Shown here: positions 9,012 to 18,031 of the stretch, one piece after another
How positions within the stretch are numbered: the first letter of the stretch is position 1
How the letters are laid out: every line of letters begins with the position of its first letter
DNA from: an uncultured Actinomycetes bacterium
GTDB lineage: Bacteria; Actinomycetota; Thermoleophilia; UBA2241
Direction: 5' to 3'
DNA: 27,093 nucleotides
Assembly (NCBI GenBank): GCA_963767005.1
Contig: CAVYCN010000009.1
Coordinates: 1 to 27,093, forward strand
Notes under the pieces: model-generated
Told to the model about the DNA's origin: nothing
Databases searched by the model: none
Seen by the model: only the letters and a program-made list of their open reading frames with translations
Made by a program: the position numbers and the translations under genes

Positions 9012-10115
9012 CTAAGGTGTCCGCACGACCGGGTCAACTCCAGTGCTCAGCCCAACTCCACTGACCGCACAACTCGCGTAGCAGCTCGACCAGCCGTAAG
9101 CAACAGCCGTATAGGATGCGATGAACTCAAGCTCGTCGCCCACTCTCACGGGAAGAGCCGCGTCGGTCACGTCGAGGACCAGGTGGTCGGAGCTTGCTCC
9201 GACGACGAAACTCCCAGCGAGGCTGGGCCGCATGAACTGAACACCGGCGTCGAGTTCGCCCATCGACAGGACAGCACGTCGACGAACGCCCAGATCGGGC
9301 CAGGTGTGAACGCGCATGAACGCATCGGTTGCCACCTCTCCGTCAGGCGTCGAGGGCTTCTCCTTCACCTCGATGACTTCCGCGTAGATCGTGAACGTGT
9401 CGGTGTGCGCGTCGGGAAGCTCGATGTTCCTCACGCTGTCGACTCCGAAGAGGATGGCCTCTCCGAGACGGAGGTGCGTGAAGCTCTCAGGCATCTGGCC
9501 GCTCATCAGGAACTGCATATCAGCGGTGTTGCCGGCTGAGACCATAGGGAAGCGATAGTCCAGCTCGTCCTCGAGCTGCGCTACCTGCCGTGCAAAGGCC
9601 GCCTGGCTTTCGACGGACGAGAGCACGCCGCAGAGACAACCGAGGTTCGTCGCCACGCCTGCCAGATAGAGCCCGGGAAGCTCCAGGACCAGGCGGCACA
9701 GGGCCGCAGCATCTTCGGGCATCGTGCCCTCGCGACGGTCGCCGCTCTCAACGATCACGAGCACGCCGTGGCGACGCTCGGCGGCGATCGCCGCCAGCGA
9801 AAGCGCGTGCACGACTTCTGCCTCGGAGTTGAAGCTGTACTCAGCCAGCTCGACGACGTCATCGACCTCGCTCAGTGCCGGCAGGCGGAGCAGCATGACC
9901 TCGCAGCGGATGCCCGCATCTCTGATGCGGCGGATGTTGTCGAGTCGGGACTCTCCGACGATGCCGACACCACCTCTGACCATCGCCTCCACGATCTCGG
10001 GCTCGCCCCGTACACACTTGCTGACACCAATGACCTCGACATCGTGAGCGCCGCACATCTGGACGACGACGGCGGCGTTGGCTGCGATCTTGTCCGCGTC
10101 GGCGACTATGCGCAC
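9012..10115 (-). CDS. PLP-dependent alanine/ornithine racemase family enzyme (Orr-like)
   Basis: GVSK PLP lysine, ESRLDNI, LLRLPALSE, GDRREG, RLGEAILFG, AEVIEVKEKPS, GASSDHLVLD. Confidence 0.88.
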   Translation of the reverse strand: MRIVADADKIAANAAVVVQMCGAHDVEVIGVSKCVRGEPEIVEAMVRGGVGIVGESRLDNIRRIRDAGIRCEVMLLRLPALSEVDDVVELAEYSFNSEAEVVHALSLAAIAAERRHGVLVIVESGDRREGTMPEDAAALCRLVLELPGLYLAGVATNLGCLCGVLSSVESQAAFARQVAQLEDELDYRFPMVSAGNTADMQFLMSGQMPESFTHLRLGEAILFGVDSVRNIELPDAHTDTFTIYAEVIEVKEKPSTPDGEVATDAFMRVHTWPDLGVRRRAVLSMGELDAGVQFMRPSLAGSFVVGASSDHLVLDVTDAALPVRVGDELEFIASYTAVAYGWSSCYASCAVSGVGLSTGVDPVVRTP

Positions 10116-10410
10116 GGCTGAACCCGGCCAGGTCTAGCGATAGGCCCACCTGCTGTCGCCATCACGGGGGCAGGACGAGTGTGAAACAGCTTGACCTCTC
10201 CAGCTTCCATCCGCTCGGACGCCCTCATGTTAACGGACCCGGGGCGGAGTCTCGATCCTGAACGCAGGGACATGCCTCGAAGAATCAGACGCTGCCCTGC
10301 GCTGTGGACAGGCACGCCAGATGGTGCGTGGCTCGTTCACGAAGTGCCCCCGCGACCATGGGTAGTCCGGGGGCCGGCATTCGAATCCAAGGAGGTCTGA
10401 ATGCGCTGCG

Positions 10411-10438
10411 AGTGTAATGCTACTAGCCACTAGGTCAA
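10411..10438 (-). promoter_or_regulatory. Housekeeping sigma-type promoter facing the racemase
   Basis: Minus strand TTGACC-16 nt-TACACT. Confidence 0.6.
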
Positions 10439-10498
10439 GCCGTTGCACCAGCGTCACTCAGCGTCGGCGATCCGTCGCCGGATGTCTTGGCAGAGAAG

Positions 10499-10532
10499 GG
10501 GGGCGGCAGAGGCTTCAGCCTCCACCACCCCC
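10499..10532 (-). terminator. Probable intrinsic terminator after the APC permease
   Basis: On the minus strand GGGGGTGGTGGAGGCT-GA-AGCCTCTGCCGCCCCC pairs fully using G-U pairs and is followed by CTTCTCT. Confidence 0.6.
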
Positions 10533-10575
10533 TTTGTCGGGCCGTGGTCCGGTCAGAGATGCGAAGCGAGGGTCG

Positions 10576-12087
10576 TCACTTCTCCTCTGTTATGACGCCC
10601 TCCATGACGGCGTCCTCAGCGACCGCGCCCTGCGTGCGACCGTAGGCCCAGAAACCCACGGCAATCAGCGTGAGGACGGCGAACGTGCCGAGGTCCATGA
10701 GCTCGAACCGCAACCGGGACATGCCCCAGCTGTCGGTGATCGAGTAGCTGTGGCCGAGCATGTTGTCGAGGAGGCCCGGCCAGAGCAGGGTGATGCAGGT
10801 GATGACGGAGAGGATCCAGGTGATGGCCGCGCAGGCCCACAGGCCGACGGCGCCGCCCGGCACCACGTAGGGCCGATGGACGTGCGGGTGCGTGGTGCGC
10901 AGACGCACGATCGCCGGGACCACGAGAACGTAGACGATGACCGTGAGCGAGGTGTCAAGGGCGATCATCACGCCGATGAACTCCTTCAGGCTGCCGCTCG
11001 TCACGAGGAAGACGATCACGCACATGACCGAGCTGACGATGCCCGAGAGGACGGCCATCATGGCCGGCGTGCCCTGCTTGGAGAACTTGCCGAGTATGCG
11101 TGGCGCAGAGCCGTCGAGAGAGGCCACGGCCTGGACGCGGCACGCACCCAGCATCCAGATCGAACCGGAGCTCACGTACTGCAGGATGAAGAGGATACCC
11201 AGGAAGTAGCCCAGCGCCTTGGCAGTGCCGCTGCCCACCGCGTCCGCCATGACGGCCTGCACGGCGGAAGGGATGCCCGACGCCGCGGTGAGATCCTTCT
11301 CCTTGAGCACGAGCAGCATGCACAGCATCACGATGACGTACATGGCGGTCGTGATGGCGCCGGCGGCGAAGATCGAGCGCGGCACGTCCTTCTGCGGGTC
11401 GACCATCTCCTCGCCGGCCGAGGACTGCAGCTCGAAGCCGAACCACAGGAAACAGATGACGCCGATGATCCCCAGGAAACCGGTGACGCTCGGCTTGTAC
11501 GAGCTCGCGGGCGCGATGCCCTTGGGGATGCCGTGGCGGGCCAGGAAGAGGATGCCGAGGATCGCCATCACGAGCATGATGATGGCCTTGAAGATGGTGC
11601 CCAGGTTGCCCGTCCACTTGCCGTACTTGAGGTTGATCACCGAGAGGATGATGACCACCCAGGTGTAGACCAGGCCGACGACGATCGAAGCCGCTGTGCC
11701 GAGCGGGTGGCTGGGCGTGAAGAACACGTCGATGACGCCGATCGTCACGGCGGTCAGGGTGCCGCCGACCCACACCGGGTTCGAGATCCAGTAGAAGAAC
11801 GTGGTGATCTCGCCGAACAGCTTGCCGTACGTCATGCGGCACCAGGCATACACGCCGCCCTCGGCCGGGAAGGCGGCGCTCGCCTCGGACAGGAGGAGGC
11901 CAAGTGGGATGAGGAAGATGAAGAAGGTGATGATCAGCCAGGTGATGGCCTGGCCCAGACCGACCGAGGTCGTGTAGGCGAGCGAGTCGAACCCAATGAG
12001 CGCGCAGGCGGTAAACAGAGCCATGTCCCACCGACGCAAGGTCTTGGTGAGTTTGGCCTTCTCGGTTGCCATTTCGATGTCTGGCAT
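10576..12087 (-). CDS. APC superfamily amino acid/polyamine permease
   Basis: About 12 hydrophobic segments, FPAEGGVYAW, GFELQSSAGEEMVDPQKDVPRSI, RPYVVPGG. A G-rich RBS precedes ATG 12087. Confidence 0.92.
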   Translation of the reverse strand: MPDIEMATEKAKLTKTLRRWDMALFTACALIGFDSLAYTTSVGLGQAITWLIITFFIFLIPLGLLLSEASAAFPAEGGVYAWCRMTYGKLFGEITTFFYWISNPVWVGGTLTAVTIGVIDVFFTPSHPLGTAASIVVGLVYTWVVIILSVINLKYGKWTGNLGTIFKAIIMLVMAILGILFLARHGIPKGIAPASSYKPSVTGFLGIIGVICFLWFGFELQSSAGEEMVDPQKDVPRSIFAAGAITTAMYVIVMLCMLLVLKEKDLTAASGIPSAVQAVMADAVGSGTAKALGYFLGILFILQYVSSGSIWMLGACRVQAVASLDGSAPRILGKFSKQGTPAMMAVLSGIVSSVMCVIVFLVTSGSLKEFIGVMIALDTSLTVIVYVLVVPAIVRLRTTHPHVHRPYVVPGGAVGLWACAAITWILSVITCITLLWPGLLDNMLGHSYSITDSWGMSRLRFELMDLGTFAVLTLIAVGFWAYGRTQGAVAEDAVMEGVITEEK

Positions 12088-12246
12088 GCGACCCCCCTTG
12101 CTTCGCACTACAGTGACCCGACCATCGTACAGCAAGTCCTGTTGGGGTGCCCCGCCCTTGCAGCACGTCTGCAACCGAACGCACGGGCAGGCCGAGCCAG
12201 CGCCTCGGCTCGGCCCGCGACCGCACCGCGAGCCCACGGAGGCATC

Positions 12247-12387
12247 ATGAAGACCTACAAGGTCGGCTACCTGATCGGCAGCCTGTCGTCCACCTTGATC
12301 AACCGCGTCCTGTCCAAGGCGCTCGTCACGCTCATCTGCCGCGTGCTGGCGGTGGTGAAGGACAGCGGCGAGGTCGAGTCCGCCTGA
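12247..12387 (+). pseudogene. Internally deleted NADPH-dependent FMN reductase remnant
   Basis: GGAGG RBS, then MKTYKVGYLIGSLSSTLINRVLSKALV (family N-terminus with GSL..S.NR), then a stop after only 46 aa. Confidence 0.7.
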
Positions 12388-12394
12388 GCCTCCC

Positions 12395-14239
12395 CTACGT
12401 CAGCACCGCGGTCTTCTCGTCGATCCCGCTCGCGCCCGACGGGAACGTGCCGTGCGGGGCCGTGATCTGCAGCGCGCCGGTGCCGTCGTAGGTGCGCACG
12501 GCAAAGACGTGCTCGCCGCGGCTGAACGGCCACTGGTAGCGCCAGAGTATCCAGGTGAGGTGCGACAGCGGGGCGCGCAGCTCGGCCGGCTGCCAGGGCC
12601 CGCCGTCGACCTGCACCTCGACCTTGGAGATACCGCGGTCGCCGGCGTAGGCGATGCCGCCGACCGGCACCGTGACGCGGCCGCCGCTCATCAGCAGGCG
12701 GTCGGTCGCCACGACGTCGATCACCGAAGTCGTCTTGACGATCGCCTGCTTGTTCCAGCCCCGCGTCACCCAGTAGCCGGGGACCAGGTCGGGCACGAGC
12801 ACGATCTCGGTGATCCACTTGGGCTGCTTCATGCCGTAGTGGCCGGGCAGGAACACGCGCAGCGGAAAGCCGTGCGCCGTGGGCAGCGGCTGCCCGTTCC
12901 AGGTGTGGCAGAGGATGATGCGCGGGTCGCCGTTGACGGTGGCCAGGTCGACCGCCTCGTCGAAACCGTCCTGCGACAGCATGTGGGCGTAGCCCGCCTG
13001 CGGCTTGGTGCCGACCGCGGCCAGCACGTCGCGGAAGGGCGGCCCCGTCCAGAGCGTGGTCGAGATCAGCGGCCCGCCGACCGGGTTGGAGACGCACGAC
13101 AGCGTGGCGAACTGGTCGGTCGAGACGAAGCGCGCCTTGAGCTCGTCGAGGGTGAGCGAGACGGGGCGCTCGACCAGGCCCGAGATCTTGAGGCGCCACG
13201 AGGTCGGGTCGATCGAGGGCGGCTCGAGGTCGATGTCGACGCGGTAGAAGTCGGCGACCGGCGTGTACTCGAGGCGCGTGCCCGGCACCGGCTTGACCGG
13301 CGAGCCCGCGTTGGGGAACGGGATCGGCGCCTTGATCGGCGCCGGCGTGGCGAGCCCGGCCTCGGCCATGAGGATGTCGCTCACCTCGGCGCCGAGCACG
13401 ACGATCGTCGCCACGGCGCCGCCGACGCGGATGAGGAAGTGGCGGCGGTCGAGGGTGGCGGCCTCGGCAGCGGGCTCGAGGCGGCCGGGCCGCTCGAGCG
13501 GGATGTAGGCGCTCGGCGAGTCGGGCGTGGCCGGCACGGCGAGCGGCGCCGGCCCGCCGCGTCGCGCGACCGCCAGCCGCAGCCGGGCGAGCGCCCAGCC
13601 CCAGACGAAGACCGAGCCGACTATCCAGAGCGCCCAGACGGCGTGCGAGCCGAAGGTGGCCGGCGGCGACGCCGCGAGGGCGATCAGAAAGCAGGCGACG
13701 CCGAGCGCGACGCCGAGCAACTCGCCGGCGCGTGTCACCCACAGGCGATCCTCGCTGTCGACGAGCACGAAGAACAGCAGACCGACCACGGCGCCGGTGA
13801 CGAGCAGGCCCGTGAGCGCGAGGGCGATCTCGGTCGCCTTGCCGGTGTCCTTGATGCTCAGGCCGAGCCCCTCGAGCACGCGCAGCGTGGTCTCGAGGCC
13901 GAAGATCACAAGGCGCCCCGGCAGCACGCGCGTGAGCCACTCGAAGATGGTGTAGGGGATCGAGGGCGCGCCGTAGTGCGCGCCGATCACCGATGCGGCG
14001 AGCAACGCCGCCGTGAGCAGCGCACCGGCGGCGAAGCCGGTCAGCGCGCGGCGCAGGAGAGAGCGACGCGGGTGGCCGGGGCGGGCGGGGCGGGCGGGGC
14101 GGGGCGAGCGGCGCGGGCGATTGGAGCGGCGCGCGCGGGCGGAGTGGCGCGACGCCACGGCCGCGGCATCACCGTCAGGCGAGCCCCCGCCATTCGGCGG
14201 CCCGCTTGACCCCTGCTCCCCGGATGGTTCGTCGCTCAT
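12395..14239 (-). CDS. Membrane-anchored sulfite oxidase-family molybdopterin oxidoreductase
   Basis: N-terminal TM helices, then TPVADFYRVDI, TLSCVSNPVGG (Mo-ligand Cys), HGFPLR, YGMKQPKWI, GYWVTRGW, ISKVEV. The start is uncertain. Confidence 0.9.
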   Translation of the reverse strand: MSDEPSGEQGSSGPPNGGGSPDGDAAAVASRHSARARRSNRPRRSPRPARPARPGHPRRSLLRRALTGFAAGALLTAALLAASVIGAHYGAPSIPYTIFEWLTRVLPGRLVIFGLETTLRVLEGLGLSIKDTGKATEIALALTGLLVTGAVVGLLFFVLVDSEDRLWVTRAGELLGVALGVACFLIALAASPPATFGSHAVWALWIVGSVFVWGWALARLRLAVARRGGPAPLAVPATPDSPSAYIPLERPGRLEPAAEAATLDRRHFLIRVGGAVATIVVLGAEVSDILMAEAGLATPAPIKAPIPFPNAGSPVKPVPGTRLEYTPVADFYRVDIDLEPPSIDPTSWRLKISGLVERPVSLTLDELKARFVSTDQFATLSCVSNPVGGPLISTTLWTGPPFRDVLAAVGTKPQAGYAHMLSQDGFDEAVDLATVNGDPRIILCHTWNGQPLPTAHGFPLRVFLPGHYGMKQPKWITEIVLVPDLVPGYWVTRGWNKQAIVKTTSVIDVVATDRLLMSGGRVTVPVGGIAYAGDRGISKVEVQVDGGPWQPAELRAPLSHLTWILWRYQWPFSRGEHVFAVRTYDGTGALQITAPHGTFPSGASGIDEKTAVLT

Positions 14240-14430
14240 CGTTTCGTGAGCGAGTGTAGCGCCGGCCAAACGCCGGCCGCGGCGCCGGGAGGCGGTCGCT
14301 ACAGTCCGAGTGGCTCAGCTTCGTCCCTCAACTGGGCGAGGGCGTCGGAGAACACCGACTGGCGCCGCGCGCGGCCCGTGGGCATAGGATTGCGGCGCAC
14401 GCGACCGTCACGCCGACCGGGGGGTCGACC

Positions 14431-15477
14431 ATGGAGCAGAGCGAGGTGGACGAGGCCACCCTGTCGTGGCTGCTCGACGGCGACGAGCCCTCGGCGCGGC
14501 TCTTCGCGCTCACCGACCTGCTCGACACGCCGACCGACGCGCCCGACGTGGTCGCCCTGCGGCGCGCGGTGATGGCGCGCGGAGCCATCCCGGCCATCCT
14601 TGCCGCCCAGGGCGGTGACGGCCACTGGGAGGGCCGCGACCGCTTCTACACCGCCAAGTACCGCGGCACGGTCTGGCAGCTCATCATCCTCGCCGAGCTC
14701 GGCGCCGACGGCGCCGACGAGCGCGTACGACGCGGCTGCGAGGCGGTCCTGCGCGACGCGCAGGACCGCCTCTCCGGTGGCCTTGCCACCGACCGCTCGA
14801 AGAAGGAAGGCGGCGGGCTGCACGGCCGCGTCATCCCCTGCCTGACCGGCAACATGGTCTTCGCGCTGGCGCGGCTCGGCCTGCTCGACGACCCGCGCGT
14901 GCAGGCCGCGATCGACTGGCTCACCACGTACGCGCGCTTCGACGACGGTCCCGGGACCACGCCGGGCACCGTCGCCGGCCTGCGCGGTGACCTCGCGCCG
15001 CCGGCCGGCTGGCCGTACGAGCCCTGGGAGATGTGCTGGGGACGCCACACCTGTCACATGGGCGTGGTCAAGATGCTCAAGGGGCTCGCCGAGATCCCGC
15101 CCGAGCGGCGCTCGGCCGCGGTGCGCCGCACGCTCGACGACGGCGCCGAGTTCCTGCTGCGTCACCACGTGCACAAGCGCAGCCGCGATCTTCCGAAAGA
15201 CTCCAAGCCGGGCTGGAAGCGCTTCGGCTTTCCACTCATGTACCAGACCGACGCGCTCGAGATCCTCGGGCTGCTGGCGAGGCTCGGGAGGGCGGGCGAC
15301 GAGCGCGCGGGCGCAGCCCGCGCGCTCGTCGCCTCACGCGCCGACGCCCAGGGCCGCTGGCGCCTGCAACAGACGATGAACGGTCGCTTCGTCGTCGACA
15401 TCGAGGCCAAGGGAGAACCCAGCCGCTGGGTCACGCTGAAGGCGCTGACCGCGCTCGACGCCGCGCCCGCCCTGTAA
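14431..15477 (+). CDS. Prenyltransferase/squalene cyclase-like repeat protein, function unknown
   Basis: WLL..DEPS, ILAAQ..DGHW, KYRGTVWQL..LAELG, PCLTGN, FGFPLMYQTDALE, GEPSRWVTLKAL. Confidence 0.7.
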   Translation: MEQSEVDEATLSWLLDGDEPSARLFALTDLLDTPTDAPDVVALRRAVMARGAIPAILAAQGGDGHWEGRDRFYTAKYRGTVWQLIILAELGADGADERVRRGCEAVLRDAQDRLSGGLATDRSKKEGGGLHGRVIPCLTGNMVFALARLGLLDDPRVQAAIDWLTTYARFDDGPGTTPGTVAGLRGDLAPPAGWPYEPWEMCWGRHTCHMGVVKMLKGLAEIPPERRSAAVRRTLDDGAEFLLRHHVHKRSRDLPKDSKPGWKRFGFPLMYQTDALEILGLLARLGRAGDERAGAARALVASRADAQGRWRLQQTMNGRFVVDIEAKGEPSRWVTLKALTALDAAPAL

Positions 15478-15533
15478 TCCCGCGCCCCCTCGCGGACAGG
15501 AGCGTGTAGAGTCCACCGCGACCGAGGGGGGCA

Positions 15534-16136
15534 ATGGACGAGCACGCACAGGCGCGAGAAGAGCGCTTCACCGAGCTCTACGACGCCCACTTCTCCGCGG
15601 TGCGCGCCTACGCCTGGCGGCGCGACCGCGACGGCGCCGACGACGTCGTCGCCGAGACCTTCGCGATCGCCTGGCAGCGGCTCGATAGCGTGCCCGCCGA
15701 AGCGCTCCCCTGGCTCATCGGCGTGGCGCGCAACGTGCGACTCAACCGCGAGCGCGGCGAGCGCCGCCGCCGCGAGCGCGGCGAGCGCCGCCGGCGCGAG
15801 CGCGAGCGGCAGTCGGCCCGAGACGACGCCGTGCCATCGTTCCTCGAGGCGCTCGAGGCCCACTCGGCCTTGGCCGACGCCCTCGGCCGGCTCTCCCCCG
15901 GCGACCGCGAGATCCTGCTGCTGGCCGCCTGGGAGCGGCTCGACCGCGCCGGCCTGGCCGCCGCGCTCGACTGCTCGAAGGCGGCCGCGAGCGTCCGCTT
16001 GTTCCGCGCCCGACGGCGCCTGGCCGCCGCGCTCGCCGCGGCCGAGGAACCGGACGACCACCCCCACATGGCGAGGCCGGCCGAGCAGCTCCCCACCCTG
16101 AGCACCGAGCGAGGAGGTCTCCTCGATGAGCACTGA
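15534..16136 (+). CDS. ECF RNA polymerase sigma factor
   Basis: Region 2 DDVVAETFAIAWQR, WLIGVARN; region 4 LSPGDREILLLAAWE...VRLFRARRRL. Confidence 0.92.
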   Translation: MDEHAQAREERFTELYDAHFSAVRAYAWRRDRDGADDVVAETFAIAWQRLDSVPAEALPWLIGVARNVRLNRERGERRRRERGERRRRERERQSARDDAVPSFLEALEAHSALADALGRLSPGDREILLLAAWERLDRAGLAAALDCSKAAASVRLFRARRRLAAALAAAEEPDDHPHMARPAEQLPTLSTERGGLLDEH

Positions 16137-17787
16137 CGCATTCCGGCGCCTGCGCCGCACCGACCCGGCGGCCGCCATGCCGACCGACGACGAGCACGAT
16201 CGCGAGCGGCTGCGCCGCGCGATCGTCGCCACCCCGCTCGATCCCAAGATGGCCACCCGCAGGCGCCGATTCCTGCGGCGCCCCGCCGCGCTCATCTTCG
16301 TCGGCGCCGCCGTGCTGCTGCTCGGCGCCGGCGCCGTCTACGCCAAGACGGTGCTTCTGCAGCCGATCGCCAAGCAGCCCGAGCCGAGCGTGAGCGCCGC
16401 GCAGTCACGACGCGAGTACCTGAAGTGGACTCGACAGATCGCGTTGCCACAAGGCGCCCATTGGCGCGCCTACCGCGCGGCTGTCTACGCCGGCGGCACC
16501 GTCGACTCCATCCACTTCGAGGTCGTCTCGGAAGCCATAGGTCAATGGACGATGGAGTGGCTGACGGCCGCCGCCGAAGGCGACGCGGCGCGTGTCGCGA
16601 CGGCGCGGGACTGGGTCTCCCGGCTGCGAGCCACGATCCCCACCATCACGAACGAGGACACGGCGCAGGCGTTCCACAGCAAGTACGGCACCGAGTCCAT
16701 GTCCGGCTTCGACGAGGACGCGGCGCGCTTCACCGACGACATGATCGCCGCCGCCAGGAACGGCCAGTTCGCCAGACTCGTGAGTTCCTATTGCTTCTAC
16801 ACGAAGTGGCCCGGGAAGACGACGCCAAGTCCGCGGGACCCCGGGCAGGTGCACGAGGTGGCTTGGCGCGTCACGCTCGACGGCAAGGCGCCGGGCGAGG
16901 CGACCGTGCTTCCGGCCGTTACCGCGGCCCAGGCGCGGGCCGAAGGCCAGGCCCTGCTGCGCGCGGTCGGCGCCCCCGCGGGCTCCGGCCTCGCCCGCCG
17001 GCTGCTGGATGGCGCGGGCGGCGGCGTCGACCCGCGCATGTTCCCGCCAGGCGCCCTGACCTTTGACGACCAGTACCGCCTCGGGGACGGGTTCCAGGAG
17101 GCGTTCGAGAAGCTCTGGGTAGCCTGGTGGCACGAATGGGTCGCAGCCGCCAAGGCCGGCGACCGGACCCGGATCGCCGCCGCGGTCGCGGCGACGGACC
17201 GACTCGAGCACCTGCTGCCCGCGAAACTGTCGGCCAAGGGCCACGTCATGACGCTGGCCCTGGAGCCGAAGCCGGCGCACCACGACCTCGTGGACCTCGC
17301 CGACCGAGCACGCGCAGGCGACCTGAGCGGCGTGGCCTCCTGGCTCGACTTCCAGCGACGGTACTGGGAGGTCAGGCTCGACTGGGCCGGTGACTTCGGC
17401 CCGCTGAACGTCTGCGGCGACACGCTGTACCCCGTCAGGTGGATCGTGAGCGCCGGCGTGCCGGCCCAGACCCCGGCCGTCCTCGTCTTCGAGCGCGGCG
17501 CGGAGCGCGCGTGGCTCGCCTGCTGGCGCGAGTGGGTCGCGGCGGCAGCGGCGGGCGACCAGCAGAAGGTCACCGGCGCGGAGCGCGCGTCGGAGCGGCT
17601 CCGCGAGCAGATGGTGCACGGCGAGTCGGGCAGGGTCGTCCTCTGCAAGGCGACGCTGCGGCAGTTCGACCGCCTCAGCGCACAGGCCCGGCGCGGCGAT
17701 CTGCAAGGCGTCACGCACTGGCTCATCTACCAGGTCATGTACCGGACCCAGATCGGCAAGATGGCGCTCACCGGCATGACCGGCTGA
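16126..17787 (+). CDS. Putative single-pass membrane anti-sigma factor with a three-repeat extracytoplasmic region
   Basis: Overlaps the sigma gene stop. Short N-terminus LRRTDP, basic stretch, TM ALIFVGAAVLLLGAGAVYA, and three W..EW..AA..GD repeats. Confidence 0.7.
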   Translation: MSTDAFRRLRRTDPAAAMPTDDEHDRERLRRAIVATPLDPKMATRRRRFLRRPAALIFVGAAVLLLGAGAVYAKTVLLQPIAKQPEPSVSAAQSRREYLKWTRQIALPQGAHWRAYRAAVYAGGTVDSIHFEVVSEAIGQWTMEWLTAAAEGDAARVATARDWVSRLRATIPTITNEDTAQAFHSKYGTESMSGFDEDAARFTDDMIAAARNGQFARLVSSYCFYTKWPGKTTPSPRDPGQVHEVAWRVTLDGKAPGEATVLPAVTAAQARAEGQALLRAVGAPAGSGLARRLLDGAGGGVDPRMFPPGALTFDDQYRLGDGFQEAFEKLWVAWWHEWVAAAKAGDRTRIAAAVAATDRLEHLLPAKLSAKGHVMTLALEPKPAHHDLVDLADRARAGDLSGVASWLDFQRRYWEVRLDWAGDFGPLNVCGDTLYPVRWIVSAGVPAQTPAVLVFERGAERAWLACWREWVAAAAAGDQQKVTGAERASERLREQMVHGESGRVVLCKATLRQFDRLSAQARRGDLQGVTHWLIYQVMYRTQIGKMALTGMTG

Positions 17788-17863
17788 GCGGCCGCCCGGC
17801 GCCGCAAGGAGCGCCCGGAGACAACCGGCCACCAAGGACCCTGGCCGGAGCTCCGGGCCGAGA

Positions 17864-17902
17864 CGGGCGGGGCGGCGAGCTTGGAGCTCGCCGCCCCGCC
17901 CG
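17864..17902. repeat. REP-like palindrome, copy 4
   Basis: CGGGCGGGGCGGCGAGCT-TGG-AGCTCGCCGCCCCGCCCG. Confidence 0.85.
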
Positions 17903-17965
17903 CCGCCTTCCACGCGAACGTCACCCTCGGACCCCCACAACGTCACCGTCGACTCTTGTCACCGC

Positions 17966-17996
17966 GCCTGTACAGGCCGATTCCTGTGAGTACAAT
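17966..17996 (+). promoter_or_regulatory. TA operon promoter with a palindromic operator candidate
   Basis: Palindrome GCCTGTACAGGC (17966-17977) over the -35 position and TACAAT -10 (17991-17996). Confidence 0.5.
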
Positions 17997-18031
17997 GTGC
18001 GTACATGGACTACGGTGTCAGAGGGTATCTC

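Noticed and set aside
8829-9014. The racemase TAG is followed by 60 in-frame sense codons, suggesting pyrrolysine or other readthrough
   Set aside because: The racemase already has a complete C-terminus, no pyl genes are seen, and open frames of this length are common at high GC. It is more likely a gene remnant or chance.
14075-14106. G-rich run resembling REP arms within the molybdoenzyme 5' region
   Set aside because: No partner arm; it is low-complexity PRPA coding or leader sequence.
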